Shown here in pieces: positions 1 through 9,530 of a stretch of 64,000 bases of DNA. Each line of letters begins with the position of its first letter. Position 1 is the stretch's first letter. Below the pieces are notes generated by a model, which ran no database searches, had not been told where the DNA came from, and worked only from the letters and a program-made list of their open reading frames with translations. The stretch covers positions 8,045-72,044 of the forward strand of contig JAFUDQ010000028.1 in assembly GCA_017459075.1 (NCBI GenBank). The letters are read 5' to 3'. The translations under genes and the position numbers were made by a program. This DNA comes from Bacteroidales bacterium. Lineage in GTDB: Bacteria; Bacteroidota; Bacteroidia; Bacteroidales; UBA932.

Positions 1-1671
1 GCATGTGTAGAGGAAATGCACACAAAGCTTGGTGCCACCGCTGTTCCAGTTTGCCTTCCTATCGGGGCTGAGGACAAGTTCAAGGGTATCGTAGACCTGA
101 TTTCCCGCAAGGCAATCTTCTATGATTCAACAGATGAGCTTGTTAACTATACAGTAGGTGATGTTCCTGCAGACATGATTGACGATGTTAATCTCTGGAG
201 AGACAGACTCGTAGAGACTGCTGCAGAGCTTGATGAGAGCCTGATGGAGAAATACTTCGACGACCCTTCATCCCTTACTGACGAAGAGATTATCGCAGCC
301 CTTCGCAAGGGTACAATCTCCATGAAGATTGTTCCTGCATGCTGCGGATCTTCTTTCAAGAACAAAGGTGTTCAGTTCCTGCTGGATTGCGTTATGCGTT
401 ACCTTCCTTCTCCTCTGGACAAGGGCAGCGTAACCGGTAGTGATCCCCGCAATGGAAAGGACCTTTCCTTTGCTCCGTCGGCATCCGAGCCGTTCTGCGG
501 CCTTGTTTTCAAGATTGCAACAGACCCTTACGTTGGCCGTCTTGCATTCATGAGAGCATATTCAGGCAGGGTAGACGCCGGGTCTTATATTTACAATACC
601 CGCACAGGTAAGAAAGAAAGAATCGCACGTCTGTATCAGATGCATTCCAACCACCAGAATCCTATCGATTTTGTAGAGGCTGGAGACATCTGCGCCGCCG
701 TTGGTTTCAAAGACCTCCGCACCGGTGACACTATCTGCGATGAGTCTCATCCTATCGTCCTTGAGTCGATGGTTTTCCCGGATCCGGTTATCGGTATCGC
801 CGTGGAGCCTAAGACACAGGGAGACCTTGACAAGTTGGGAATCGCCCTTGGCAAGCTTGCAGAGGAAGATCCTACTTTCACGGTTAAGAGTGACCATGAG
901 ACAGGACAGACCGTCATCAGCGGTATGGGCGAGCTTCATCTGGATATCATCGTAGACCGTCTCCGCAGGGAGTTCGGTGTAGAGATTAACCAGGGTGCTC
1001 CTCAGGTTAACTTCAAGGAAACCATCACCAAGACTGTCCAGCACCGTGAGGTGTTCAAGAAACAGACTGGCGGTCGTGGTAAGTTTGCCGATATCATTGT
1101 TGAGATCGGTCCTGCCGATGCCGGCGTAACCGGACTTCAGTTTGACAACCAGGTCAAGGGCGGAAATATTCCCAAGGAGTATATTCCTTCCATCCAGAAG
1201 GGCTTTGAGTCCGCCATGGCCAATGGTTGCCTTGCCGGTTATGAGGTTCCTTCAATGAAGGTTACCGTGCTTGACGGAAGCTACCATCCGGTAGACTCAG
1301 ACCAGCTTTCATTTGAAATCGCTGCCCGTCTTGCATTCCGTCACGCTTACCGCAAGGCTGCTCCTGTTTTGCTTGAGCCTATTATGAATCTTGAGGTTGT
1401 TACCCCTGAGGAGTACATGGGCGATATCGTGGGAGACCTGAACCGCCGTCGCGGCCAGATCAACGCCATGGATACTACTTCCAACGGCGCCCGCATTATC
1501 AAGGCATTCGTGCCTCTGGCAGAGCAGTTCGGCTATGTGACCGTGCTCAGAACACTTTCTTCCGGCCGTGCTACAAGTACGATGAGCTTCGACCATTACA
1601 GCGAAGTTCCTGCCAACCTGGCTAAGGATATCGTCGAAAAGAGTGGCTACCGGGTATCTGATGATGAATAA
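1..1671 (+). CDS. fusA: Elongation factor G (5' part lies outside the window)
   Basis: [39 protein letters not shown] and DGSYHPVDS motifs; frame is open from base 1. Confidence 0.98.
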   Translation, partial: ACVEEMHTKLGATAVPVCLPIGAEDKFKGIVDLISRKAIFYDSTDELVNYTVGDVPADMIDDVNLWRDRLVETAAELDESLMEKYFDDPSSLTDEEIIAALRKGTISMKIVPACCGSSFKNKGVQFLLDCVMRYLPSPLDKGSVTGSDPRNGKDLSFAPSASEPFCGLVFKIATDPYVGRLAFMRAYSGRVDAGSYIYNTRTGKKERIARLYQMHSNHQNPIDFVEAGDICAAVGFKDLRTGDTICDESHPIVLESMVFPDPVIGIAVEPKTQGDLDKLGIALGKLAEEDPTFTVKSDHETGQTVISGMGELHLDIIVDRLRREFGVEINQGAPQVNFKETITKTVQHREVFKKQTGGRGKFADIIVEIGPADAGVTGLQFDNQVKGGNIPKEYIPSIQKGFESAMANGCLAGYEVPSMKVTVLDGSYHPVDSDQLSFEIAARLAFRHAYRKAAPVLLEPIMNLEVVTPEEYMGDIVGDLNRRRGQINAMDTTSNGARIIKAFVPLAEQFGYVTVLRTLSSGRATSTMSFDHYSEVPANLAKDIVEKSGYRVSDDE

Positions 1672-1705
1672 GTAAAAAAGTTTAATTTCGGTAATAAAAT
1701 TTGAT

Positions 1706-2011
1706 ATGAGTCAGAAAATCAGAATCAAACTCAAATCATTCGATCATATGCTGCTTGACAAGTCAGCCAAGAAGATCGCCGACACAGTATCTGCTACCGG
1801 TGCAAGGGTATGCGGTCCTATTCCGCTTCCTACCGACAAGAAGATATTCACTGTCAACCGTTCCACCTTCGTGAACAAGAAAGCGCGTGAGCAGTTCGAG
1901 CTTAACTCTTACTGCCGTCTCCTTGACATTGATGACAGCAACGCCAAGACAGTTGACGCCCTGATGAAGCTGGAGCTTCCTTCAGGTGTTGAGGTCGAGA
2001 TTAAAGTATAA
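1706..2011 (+). CDS. rpsJ: 30S ribosomal protein S10
   Basis: [33 protein letters not shown]; follows fusA. Confidence 0.98.
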   Translation: MSQKIRIKLKSFDHMLLDKSAKKIADTVSATGARVCGPIPLPTDKKIFTVNRSTFVNKKAREQFELNSYCRLLDIDDSNAKTVDALMKLELPSGVEVEIKV

Positions 2012-2037
2012 CTTTTTCGGATAATAAGAAAAAGTGT

Positions 2038-2045
2038 TATATTTG
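2038..2045 (+). promoter_or_regulatory. Bacteroidota -7 promoter box for the tRNA
   Basis: TATATTTG matches TAnnTTTG, 33 nt before the tRNA. Confidence 0.55.
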
Positions 2046-2078
2046 CAGTGGTGTCTTAAGTGGGCACCATTGCACATC

Positions 2079-2152
2079 GGTCCCATAGCTCAGTTGGTTA
2101 GAGCATCTGACTCATAATCAGGGGGTCGCAGGATCATGCCCTGCTGGGACCA
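2079..2152 (+). tRNA. tRNA with CAT anticodon (likely tRNA-Ile2/lysidine type; elongator Met not excluded)
   Basis: Cloverleaf: acceptor GGTCCCA/TGGGACC, D arm GCTC/GAGC, anticodon loop CTCATAA, T stem GCAGG/CCTGC; discriminator A. Confidence 0.9.
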
Positions 2153-2153
2153 C

Positions 2154-2186
2154 AAATTAAGGCAAGCCAAAAGCTTGCCTTAATTT
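2154..2186. terminator. Bidirectional intrinsic terminator between the tRNA and the AraC gene
   Basis: Perfect inverted repeat AAATTAAGGCAAGC-caaaa-GCTTGCCTTAATTT. Confidence 0.7.
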
Positions 2187-2300
2187 GTAGTCCCTTGTCT
2201 GATACAGGGGAGCAAGCTCCCCCGAACCCCCTGTGCTCCGCTACTTCGACTTCCTGTCGCAAGTCTCGTTAACGCTCCGCCCTGCGCCTGACGGCGCATT

Positions 2301-3944
2301 CTATTTATTGAGCCACTGGGTGGGGGTGAGGCCGGTGACCTTTTTGAAGTTGCGGAAGAAGGAAACATCGCTGGTAAAACCGGACTCATCGGCAACATCG
2401 GCAATAGTAGGCTGCCTCTGGGAGCGAAGCAGTTCCATCGCATAGCGGATGCGGTAGCCATTGACAAAGTCCACGAAGGATGTGCCCTTTGCGTTGATGG
2501 CAGCAGAGACGTACCTTGTGTTGGTGCCAAGGGCGGCGGCCACATCGGACGTCTTCAAATCCTTGCGCTTGTAAAGATGCTCATCCTCCATCAGGGCCAC
2601 AATGCTGCGGAAAAGCTCCTCATACTGCCCCTTGTCACCCTCCTCCTTGACGGTGGCTTCCACGCCCTGGTGCTTTTTCCTTTTAATGATATATGCCGAT
2701 GCTGCCAGGGCCACCAGCAGCAAGATTGCCAATATCAGGGGCCATGAGCCGCCTTCAGAAGAGACTTCTTCCGGCTCCAATTCAAGCATCCAGGTCTCTG
2801 CAAGAGGGGAGTAGTTGTCATTCCCCCAGGGAGTTACGCCACCGCAGATAATAAACCGGCCACCGGGCAGCAACAGTTTTGCTCCCTGGCCAAGGTTGGG
2901 AAGGGGGTTGGTCACATACACGCAGTCAGTAACCTTGTCCCATCCGCCGCTCCAGTCAATCTTAAGCAGGTATCGGCGTTTATCCGGGTCTTCTCCCAGC
3001 AGGAGGCCATATTTCTCCCCGGCCGATGCGTACACCTGCCCGGTCCAGTAAATCTTTCCCCACGGCCCGTTTCCCGGAACTGGGAATTGCATATCAAGGA
3101 CAGAGAACGCGTCGCCATCGAACCTTATGATGGCGGTCTGGTCACTGGTACTTTGGGCTGCGATAAGGTAAGAATAGTCCCCATTAGCCTCGTTGCCAGC
3201 AAAATTACGGCCCCTGGAGTCGAATGCCAGAGGTAGCGGGCGCAAGGTGTCAAACAGAGGCTCTGTGAATGAGCCCCCGGAAAGGCGGTCGATAATGATG
3301 GGCCTCAGCTCATCAAAGTTATAGCTTGGCGCAAAGATAATGGCATCATCCGGGCCGGTCTTTAAAATGTATGGGTCTGAGCGGTCCTGTGAGGGTTTTA
3401 CGCTGCTCTCTGTGCCGTTATCCTGGGACCAAATCTCCGTTAAATCTTCTGCAAACCAGTTTCCGCTGATGAGTATTTTTCCGCCCGATAGTTCTATTGC
3501 AGATGACCTTGCGCGCTTTCGGTCCAGAATTTTCATGGGTGAGAAGCTTTCTTCAGCAGGCCGAAACTCTTCCATGACGATGGATTGGCCAACGCCAAGG
3601 TAATTGCTATAGCCGCCACCTATTATAAAGTTGCCGTTTTTCTGCTCAACAAGAAAAGGGGCGTCGTGCTGATAAACTGTTTGGATGCTGTGCCATTTAC
3701 CGCCATCGAAATACTCTGCCGTACTTACCGGGATAAATCCTGTAGTGTGGCCGCCTGCGGCAACCAGGGTTTTACCGTCCGGGGAGAAGAGCACGTGGTC
3801 TGCACGCGGGGTGTTCATCGGTGGCAGTGAAGTTACCTTCACCGGCAGGAATGAGATGCTTTCCGGAGCCTTTGTGGCTACGGAGTCCGGGGTCTCCTGC
3901 GAAAAAACAGACAGGAATGCCAGTATGATGCTCAGTGTTATCAT
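2301..3944 (-). CDS. Membrane-spanning AraC-family regulator with N-terminal Kelch-like beta-propeller
   Basis: Signal peptide, Kelch-like repeats (PPMNTPRADH, LVAAGG, IIGGG), TM helix WPLILAILLLVALAASAYII, C-terminal AraC HTH (SFVDFVNGYRI...VADESGFTSDVSFFRNFKKVTGLTP); ATG at 3944 preferred because a TATATTTG box covers 3951-3958. Confidence 0.85.
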   Translation of the reverse strand: MITLSIILAFLSVFSQETPDSVATKAPESISFLPVKVTSLPPMNTPRADHVLFSPDGKTLVAAGGHTTGFIPVSTAEYFDGGKWHSIQTVYQHDAPFLVEQKNGNFIIGGGYSNYLGVGQSIVMEEFRPAEESFSPMKILDRKRARSSAIELSGGKILISGNWFAEDLTEIWSQDNGTESSVKPSQDRSDPYILKTGPDDAIIFAPSYNFDELRPIIIDRLSGGSFTEPLFDTLRPLPLAFDSRGRNFAGNEANGDYSYLIAAQSTSDQTAIIRFDGDAFSVLDMQFPVPGNGPWGKIYWTGQVYASAGEKYGLLLGEDPDKRRYLLKIDWSGGWDKVTDCVYVTNPLPNLGQGAKLLLPGGRFIICGGVTPWGNDNYSPLAETWMLELEPEEVSSEGGSWPLILAILLLVALAASAYIIKRKKHQGVEATVKEEGDKGQYEELFRSIVALMEDEHLYKRKDLKTSDVAAALGTNTRYVSAAINAKGTSFVDFVNGYRIRYAMELLRSQRQPTIADVADESGFTSDVSFFRNFKKVTGLTPTQWLNK

Positions 3945-4108
3945 CACCTGCAAATATATACGATTTTGCCATACAGAGGCTTGAATTTTATGAAAAATAC
4001 ACTGCGAATTCTGAAAATGTTAGTTGGAGGACCGATATTTTCATGTAATGAAATATGAGCCTGCGTGCTTGGAGGCTATATTTGAATAAAATATAATGCT
4101 TAGAATCC

Positions 4109-7100
4109 ATGTTTTGCACAAATTGCGGAGCCAGGCTCCAGGAAGGAGATAAATTTTGCACCAATTGCGGTGCTCCTGTAGAACCGATTGTAGACCAGCC
4201 AAAGCAGCAGGTTGAACAGGCCCAGCCAAAGCAGCCGGTTGCACCCAAGGCGCCCAAGGCACCAAAAGCCCCAAAGAAAGCCAATATGAAGCTATACGGC
4301 ATCATCGGCGCAGCAGCCGCCGTCGTCATCGGACTGTGCCTGCTACTGTTCACTGGGGGTGGAAGAAACGAGTTGAAACCCACCGTCATCATCGGAAATA
4401 GTAAACCAATAGACGTAGAACTACTTGAAGGTGTCCGTCTTACTGCTCCTGAAAATGCTTTGGATAAAGACCGTGAATTTAAACTCACTGCTGTCAGCGA
4501 CAAGACATTTGACTGGGTCAGGGAAAAAATGGCCACGGTAGGCGTTGAGCCTTTTATGGTATTTGACCTTGATGCCGGTATGAAGCCGGAACAGCATATG
4601 CCAGGGGATTATAAGATGGTGTTCGATTTGAATAAAATGGGTATCCCGCGTGAATTGCAAGACAGGGTCCAGATACACAGAGTTGTGAATGATGGCAAAT
4701 ATTCTGGATATTACAGGTACTCTACCAAGGTACGGAACGGAATACTGTCTTTCGAGGGTAATCAGAATTCGTTGTTGACATTCTCTTTTTCTGATTTAGT
4801 TCCATTAAAGGCGTGGAATTTACCGGCTAAAAAGATACTTGAATTCTTATTTGAGATGGGTGCAGCAGCGGAAGCCGGACATGTCAGGCCTTTGGAAGTA
4901 TTCTATGCAGACAGAACCACTGTAAAGTACTCCGTTAAAGACGATAGCGGAGACTTTACCGTATTTTTCCGTTACAGGGATACGGAAGATGCCGACGGGC
5001 TTGACCGTTTTTTTGAAAAGCAAAACAAGTTTGAAAACTATTGTAAAGAAGCAAAGAAAAAGGCGGCAGAACAGTTTGAAGCCGATGTTAAAGATTCCGT
5101 TGCCAGTGCACAAAAAGGTTATTCTTTTTGGCAAAAACTGTTCTCCAGAAAGCAGGTCCAGGCTATAAGACAAGAGCTTAACTATGAGAGTTATCTTCAG
5201 AAAGAGATTCGCAAAGACAAAGAAATGTTTGAGGTTATCAAGAATCCAAGAACACTTCTTCCAAAGAGCATTCAATCTATCGTAGAGCAGATTATCCGTG
5301 CCAATAAATATATGAACGGAATAAAACTGCATAAATTCGATTTTGATGTCCCTGTTTATCTGGTAGATGGAAATCAGGCTGGAAAAAGTAATTACGGGGT
5401 TGCGGTTCCATACCTCATGGGAGGAGCCTTCTTGCTTATTAACTATGACAAGGCACGTGAGGGAAAATCCGGCTCTGAACATTTGCAATGTACTATTGTC
5501 CACGAATTATTCCATGCCCGCCAGCAATGTTATTATTCGGTATTCAAGATGGGATCTACGCCGGCAGAGTGTACGGCTGCGGTTCTTGAAAAAGACGCCG
5601 CGATAAAGTGGTATAAAGAAGGTGTTATAACGTTAAATAACCCTGAATCAGAAACTGCTTATGAAAGCCTGCTCACAGAGAGGGCCAACCAATATATCTA
5701 TTCATACCCGTTAGACGATATTAATCCGCTCCTCTCATGGGTTTCAACTGCGGATGCTTATGCAATGGCCTGTGCTGTTGAAGGAATAAGGAAAGGCGTA
5801 GGGAAAGACTACCTGAGCATGGAGTTCTTTGCAAATACATACTCTTTGCATGGCCCTCATGTAAACGGCTGGACAGGCTGGATAAAGAAATCCTTGGATA
5901 TTAATGACGAGCAGTTAAACCAAGGGTGGAAATACTTCGGAGAGACTCATCTTCAGCCGATTTTTGACTCTCAGTGTAACTCCTCCAATCCTACTAAGGA
6001 GACAGAAACTGTACATATAAAACTGACTGAAAGCAGTCCTGTGCGCATGCTTGAAAGGTTGAAAAAACCATTGAATTATGCGGTGAATTCATATCAGATA
6101 GATCTTCCGCCAAAGGAAAAGGACACCTTCCAGGAAAAGGCCAACGTGTTTGTTTGGGCAAAAGGCACCCCGAATCCTTACGTGACTTTTTACTGGTCTG
6201 ATCGTGGTTTTGATGAAAACCTTGAAAGAACCAGGGAAGGCTCATTCCTTAAGAGAGGAAAACCGGTCTTATATTATTCCGGAAACAGGCAAACCGATTA
6301 TAAAATGCTTTTAGGCAAATATGTGCTTGATTCTAAAGGTGAAAAACAGAAAAATAAAAAGAATGGGTATCAGCTTGCTGTGGTAACAACATCAATGTCC
6401 AAAGCAGAAACTTGTGAATATTATGTTGTTGGGCTATTTGCACCAGAGGCTCCCAATATCCGCTCTGTAAAAGATGATAAGATATCGTTTGTAGTACCCG
6501 AACCGGACAGCGACCTCACAAAGAATAATCTTGTCTCTGGTGCCGTAGTTACGTACACAGACAAAAACGGTGTCAAGAAAACCCATAATATAGAGCCAAA
6601 ATCCTTCGGAGAAAAAGTCTGGTGGACTGTGCCGGGAGCCGGAAATAAAGGAAACGGCTTCACTCTTTCTGTCCGCTGGTATTACAACTCTCCGGAAGGA
6701 AGTGTTTATGAGTCTCCGGAAGGAGCAGAGGCTAAATGGGGTAATAATGTGGACAAGAAGGAAGAAAAGAAGGAAGAATTAGCACCTGAAACTAATTACT
6801 GGAAGCAGGTAAGCGTAGAAAGGAAAATCGACCATTCCCGTACAGAGACAGAAGGAAAGGAAGTCGATAAGGACTATCGCCGTGTGGAGATTAAGTCTGC
6901 TGGTGATTATTCTCTTGAAATAACCGGCCACGCTGCGACTGAGGAGAAGAAAGGGAAAGAGGTCCGGTATGTAAAAGAACTATATCTGGACGGGAACCTG
7001 TCCGTTTCGGTACCTCCTAAATTCTGGTCAGCCGGAGTTGAATACAAAGGAGTTATGGAAATTGATGGAGACCCGTACCTGAAGAAGATTAAAGAAGGAT

Positions 7101-7954
7101 ATGAGTTTAGTGCCGATATTTCCAGTTCCGAAAAGGCTGCCTGCGAAATGTCCCGTAAAACGAAGACCGATACCGGAAAATCATCGACGGCCGGGGTAAG
7201 GTATCTTCGTGAATATACCGGCACCTTTATGGCCCACCATCCGGAGAAGGGAGACCCCAGGAGCTTTACCCTTACGCAAGTCTTCAAAGTGGCAGAGCGC
7301 CCCGGCTCAGACAACATAGCCATCGTCACATATCTCTTCCACTATGAATGGGTGGGCGAAGAGGAACCGGAGGAAGAGGAGGCAGAGGAGGAGAGCAAGA
7401 ACGATTCTCAAATCAAGGCATTGTCAGTTTCGGGAGCCGGCGTAGAGTTTAGTTATGACCCGCAGCGCCATCCCGGAAAGAGTTCAGTATCTGTTAGCAA
7501 GGACGGAAGCGGATTCCTTGTACGGGCATCTTCCCATTCAGAGTATGAGGCCATGGCTCCGTCCGGCTACCGCGGAGAGCCGCAGAAGGAAACCCAGGAT
7601 TATCGTATTGAAATCAGGTTGAACGGGAATATGAAACCGATTGGCGGAACATTCTCCATTTCCTCACAAAGGGTTAAGTTCGGTTATCTGTCCGATGGAA
7701 AGAAAACCTATGTGGCATCTAAGACTGCACCGGCTTCGTATTCCGGTTCCTTCTCTTCTGTTCGTGAGCAGGGACCGGCAGTGCGGCATGAGTACGGAAT
7801 GCAGCATTTCTACAGGGCAACGGTAACCACCTATGAGGGTAAAGAACCGGATGTGACATTTAATGGCAAGGAGGCAAAGGTTACTACAAACCATAAGACG
7901 CTTTCAGATTTGTCAGATCCCAACAACTTCACCATCACTATCGTATTGAAGTGA
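4109..7954 (+). CDS. Large membrane-anchored protein: N-terminal zinc ribbon, TM helix, putative gluzincin-type metallopeptidase domain
   Basis: FCTNCG...FCTNCG zinc ribbon, APK-repeat linker, TM, HELFH (HEXXH, nt 5501-5515) followed by AECTAA. Confidence 0.7.
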   Translation: MFCTNCGARLQEGDKFCTNCGAPVEPIVDQPKQQVEQAQPKQPVAPKAPKAPKAPKKANMKLYGIIGAAAAVVIGLCLLLFTGGGRNELKPTVIIGNSKPIDVELLEGVRLTAPENALDKDREFKLTAVSDKTFDWVREKMATVGVEPFMVFDLDAGMKPEQHMPGDYKMVFDLNKMGIPRELQDRVQIHRVVNDGKYSGYYRYSTKVRNGILSFEGNQNSLLTFSFSDLVPLKAWNLPAKKILEFLFEMGAAAEAGHVRPLEVFYADRTTVKYSVKDDSGDFTVFFRYRDTEDADGLDRFFEKQNKFENYCKEAKKKAAEQFEADVKDSVASAQKGYSFWQKLFSRKQVQAIRQELNYESYLQKEIRKDKEMFEVIKNPRTLLPKSIQSIVEQIIRANKYMNGIKLHKFDFDVPVYLVDGNQAGKSNYGVAVPYLMGGAFLLINYDKAREGKSGSEHLQCTIVHELFHARQQCYYSVFKMGSTPAECTAAVLEKDAAIKWYKEGVITLNNPESETAYESLLTERANQYIYSYPLDDINPLLSWVSTADAYAMACAVEGIRKGVGKDYLSMEFFANTYSLHGPHVNGWTGWIKKSLDINDEQLNQGWKYFGETHLQPIFDSQCNSSNPTKETETVHIKLTESSPVRMLERLKKPLNYAVNSYQIDLPPKEKDTFQEKANVFVWAKGTPNPYVTFYWSDRGFDENLERTREGSFLKRGKPVLYYSGNRQTDYKMLLGKYVLDSKGEKQKNKKNGYQLAVVTTSMSKAETCEYYVVGLFAPEAPNIRSVKDDKISFVVPEPDSDLTKNNLVSGAVVTYTDKNGVKKTHNIEPKSFGEKVWWTVPGAGNKGNGFTLSVRWYYNSPEGSVYESPEGAEAKWGNNVDKKEEKKEELAPETNYWKQVSVERKIDHSRTETEGKEVDKDYRRVEIKSAGDYSLEITGHAATEEKKGKEVRYVKELYLDGNLSVSVPPKFWSAGVEYKGVMEIDGDPYLKKIKEGYEFSADISSSEKAACEMSRKTKTDTGKSSTAGVRYLREYTGTFMAHHPEKGDPRSFTLTQVFKVAERPGSDNIAIVTYLFHYEWVGEEEPEEEEAEEESKNDSQIKALSVSGAGVEFSYDPQRHPGKSSVSVSKDGSGFLVRASSHSEYEAMAPSGYRGEPQKETQDYRIEIRLNGNMKPIGGTFSISSQRVKFGYLSDGKKTYVASKTAPASYSGSFSSVREQGPAVRHEYGMQHFYRATVTTYEGKEPDVTFNGKEAKVTTNHKTLSDLSDPNNFTITIVLK

Positions 7955-7959
7955 TGTGA

Positions 7960-8065
7960 AATTATACCCAAAGAGGTATAATTGCAATGTTGTTTTTAAA
8001 AATTATACCCTTTTTGGTATAAAATATATGAAAATTGCTATATTTGTACCCGATTAGGTATAATT
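7960..8065. promoter_or_regulatory. Three palindromic operators TATACC-N6-GGTATA upstream of the hipB-like gene, with -7 box TATATTTG (8039-8046)
   Basis: AATTATACC-caaaga-GGTATAATT (7960), AATTATACC-cttttt-GGTATAAAA (8001), ATTTGTACC-cgatta-GGTATAATT (8042). Confidence 0.8.
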
Positions 8066-8068
8066 AAT

Positions 8069-8269
8069 ATGACAATATCGGCATACATCAAACAAAAAAG
8101 AAGGAAATATGGCCTCACGCAGGTTGAACTGGCGGAGAGGGCCGGGGTAGGCTTGCGCTTTGTCAGGGAGCTGGAACAAGGGAAACAAACCCTGAGAATG
8201 GATAAAGTCAACGATGTTCTTGCTCTGTTCGGAGATAGATTGGGCCCGGTTAAAAATGATCAGGTATGA
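8069..8269 (+). CDS. hipB: HipB-like XRE HTH regulator
   Basis: LTQVELAERAGVGLRFVRELEQGK HTH; first of three overlapping genes. Confidence 0.85.
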   Translation: MTISAYIKQKRRKYGLTQVELAERAGVGLRFVRELEQGKQTLRMDKVNDVLALFGDRLGPVKNDQV

Positions 8270-8589
8270 AACAGGCGGATATATATGTGAATGACATCTT
8301 TTGCGGAATACTCGTAGAGGATGAAGAGGGTTTTCATTTCAGCTATGACATAAGCTATCTGGCGCGCCCGGATGCGGCCCCGCTAAGCCCAACCATGCCG
8401 CTTGCAGCTCAGCCTTATGAAAAGGAGATGTTGTTTCCGGTTTTTGATGGCCTCATACCCGAAGGCTGGCTGCTGGATATCGCGTCTTCTTCATGGAAGA
8501 TTGACCAGCGGGACCGGATGTCGCTCCTCTTGGCTTGTTGCAAAGATTGTATCGGGAATATCAGTGTAATGCCTCATAGCCATGAGTAA
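8266..8589 (+). CDS. HipA N-terminal-domain protein (HipS-like antitoxin)
   Basis: FSYDISYL, LSPTMPL, LFPVFDGLIPEGWL, DCIGNISV; ATGA overlap with hipB. Confidence 0.85.
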   Translation: MKQADIYVNDIFCGILVEDEEGFHFSYDISYLARPDAAPLSPTMPLAAQPYEKEMLFPVFDGLIPEGWLLDIASSSWKIDQRDRMSLLLACCKDCIGNISVMPHSHE

Positions 8590-9526
8590 GTGTTTGTATT
8601 GTTACAAGGAGTTGGAAGAAGGTCAGGTTGATTTTCATCCGACGTGCGCTAAAAAGTTCTTCGGCAGCACAACCGTGCCCATCCTGCCTTATACCTGGGA
8701 CAATATGTCCGATCTGGCCCGTCAGGTTATCCGCACCAGCGCTTCGGTAACCGGCGTTCAGGCAAAGATGTCGCTTGATGTTGACCGTGGTGGAAAGAAC
8801 GAGCCGGCAAAATTCACCATCGTCGGCTTGTGGGGCAAATATATCTTTAAGCCGCAGAGTTCTAAGTACCCCAGCCTTCCGGAATTGGAAGACCTAACGA
8901 TGAAAATGGCCGAGGCCGCACACATCCGTACTGCCCGTCATACACTCATCCGTCTTCAGGATGGGGAACTGGGATATTTGACCCTACGCATGGATCGGGG
9001 TAAGAAAGGTGAAAAGATATCGATGCTGGATATGTGTCAACTATCCAATCGCCTGACAGAACACAAATATTATGGTACATACGGGCAATTGGCTGAAACT
9101 GTCAAACGCTTTTCATCCGCTCCGATGCTGGATGTCCAGCGATTCTGGGAGGTCGTTATATTCTCGTGGATTACCGGGAACTCAGATATGCATTGCAAGA
9201 ATTTCTCCTTGATTGATTCAGGTGACGGACAATACGAACTATCTCCTGCGTATGACCTTCTATCTGTTTGGCTGGCCGATCCGGAAGACCAGGAGGAAAT
9301 GGCGATGACTCTTCATGTGGGCGGGGGGAAAGCCGGTTTCGACAGGGCTGCATTTGTCCTGGCAATGTGTGAGAGTGGTATGACAGAGGCGCAGACTGGT
9401 TCGTTGATAAGCAAAATTAAAGCGGCTTCTCCAGCCTGGAAGGAACTTATAGAAGAATCCTTCCTCCCGGAAAAGATGAAGAAGGCTTATCACAACCTCT
9501 TGGATGAACGCCTGGCTAAACTTTAG
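8582..9526 (+). CDS. HipA-family Ser/Thr kinase toxin (HipT-like)
   Basis: SVTGVQAK Gly-rich loop, YIFKP, GNSDMHCKNFS, LSPAYDLL; Cys-rich N-terminus. Confidence 0.9.
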   Translation: MSKCLYCYKELEEGQVDFHPTCAKKFFGSTTVPILPYTWDNMSDLARQVIRTSASVTGVQAKMSLDVDRGGKNEPAKFTIVGLWGKYIFKPQSSKYPSLPELEDLTMKMAEAAHIRTARHTLIRLQDGELGYLTLRMDRGKKGEKISMLDMCQLSNRLTEHKYYGTYGQLAETVKRFSSAPMLDVQRFWEVVIFSWITGNSDMHCKNFSLIDSGDGQYELSPAYDLLSVWLADPEDQEEMAMTLHVGGGKAGFDRAAFVLAMCESGMTEAQTGSLISKIKAASPAWKELIEESFLPEKMKKAYHNLLDERLAKL

Positions 9527-9530
9527 CGCC

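Noticed and set aside
4240-4280. APK tandem repeat
   Set aside because: Low-complexity protein linker, not a DNA-level element.
2079-9530. Integrative element at the tRNA(CAT)
   Set aside because: No integrase, and I could not find a repeat of the tRNA 3' end near 9530; accessory nature is only inferred.
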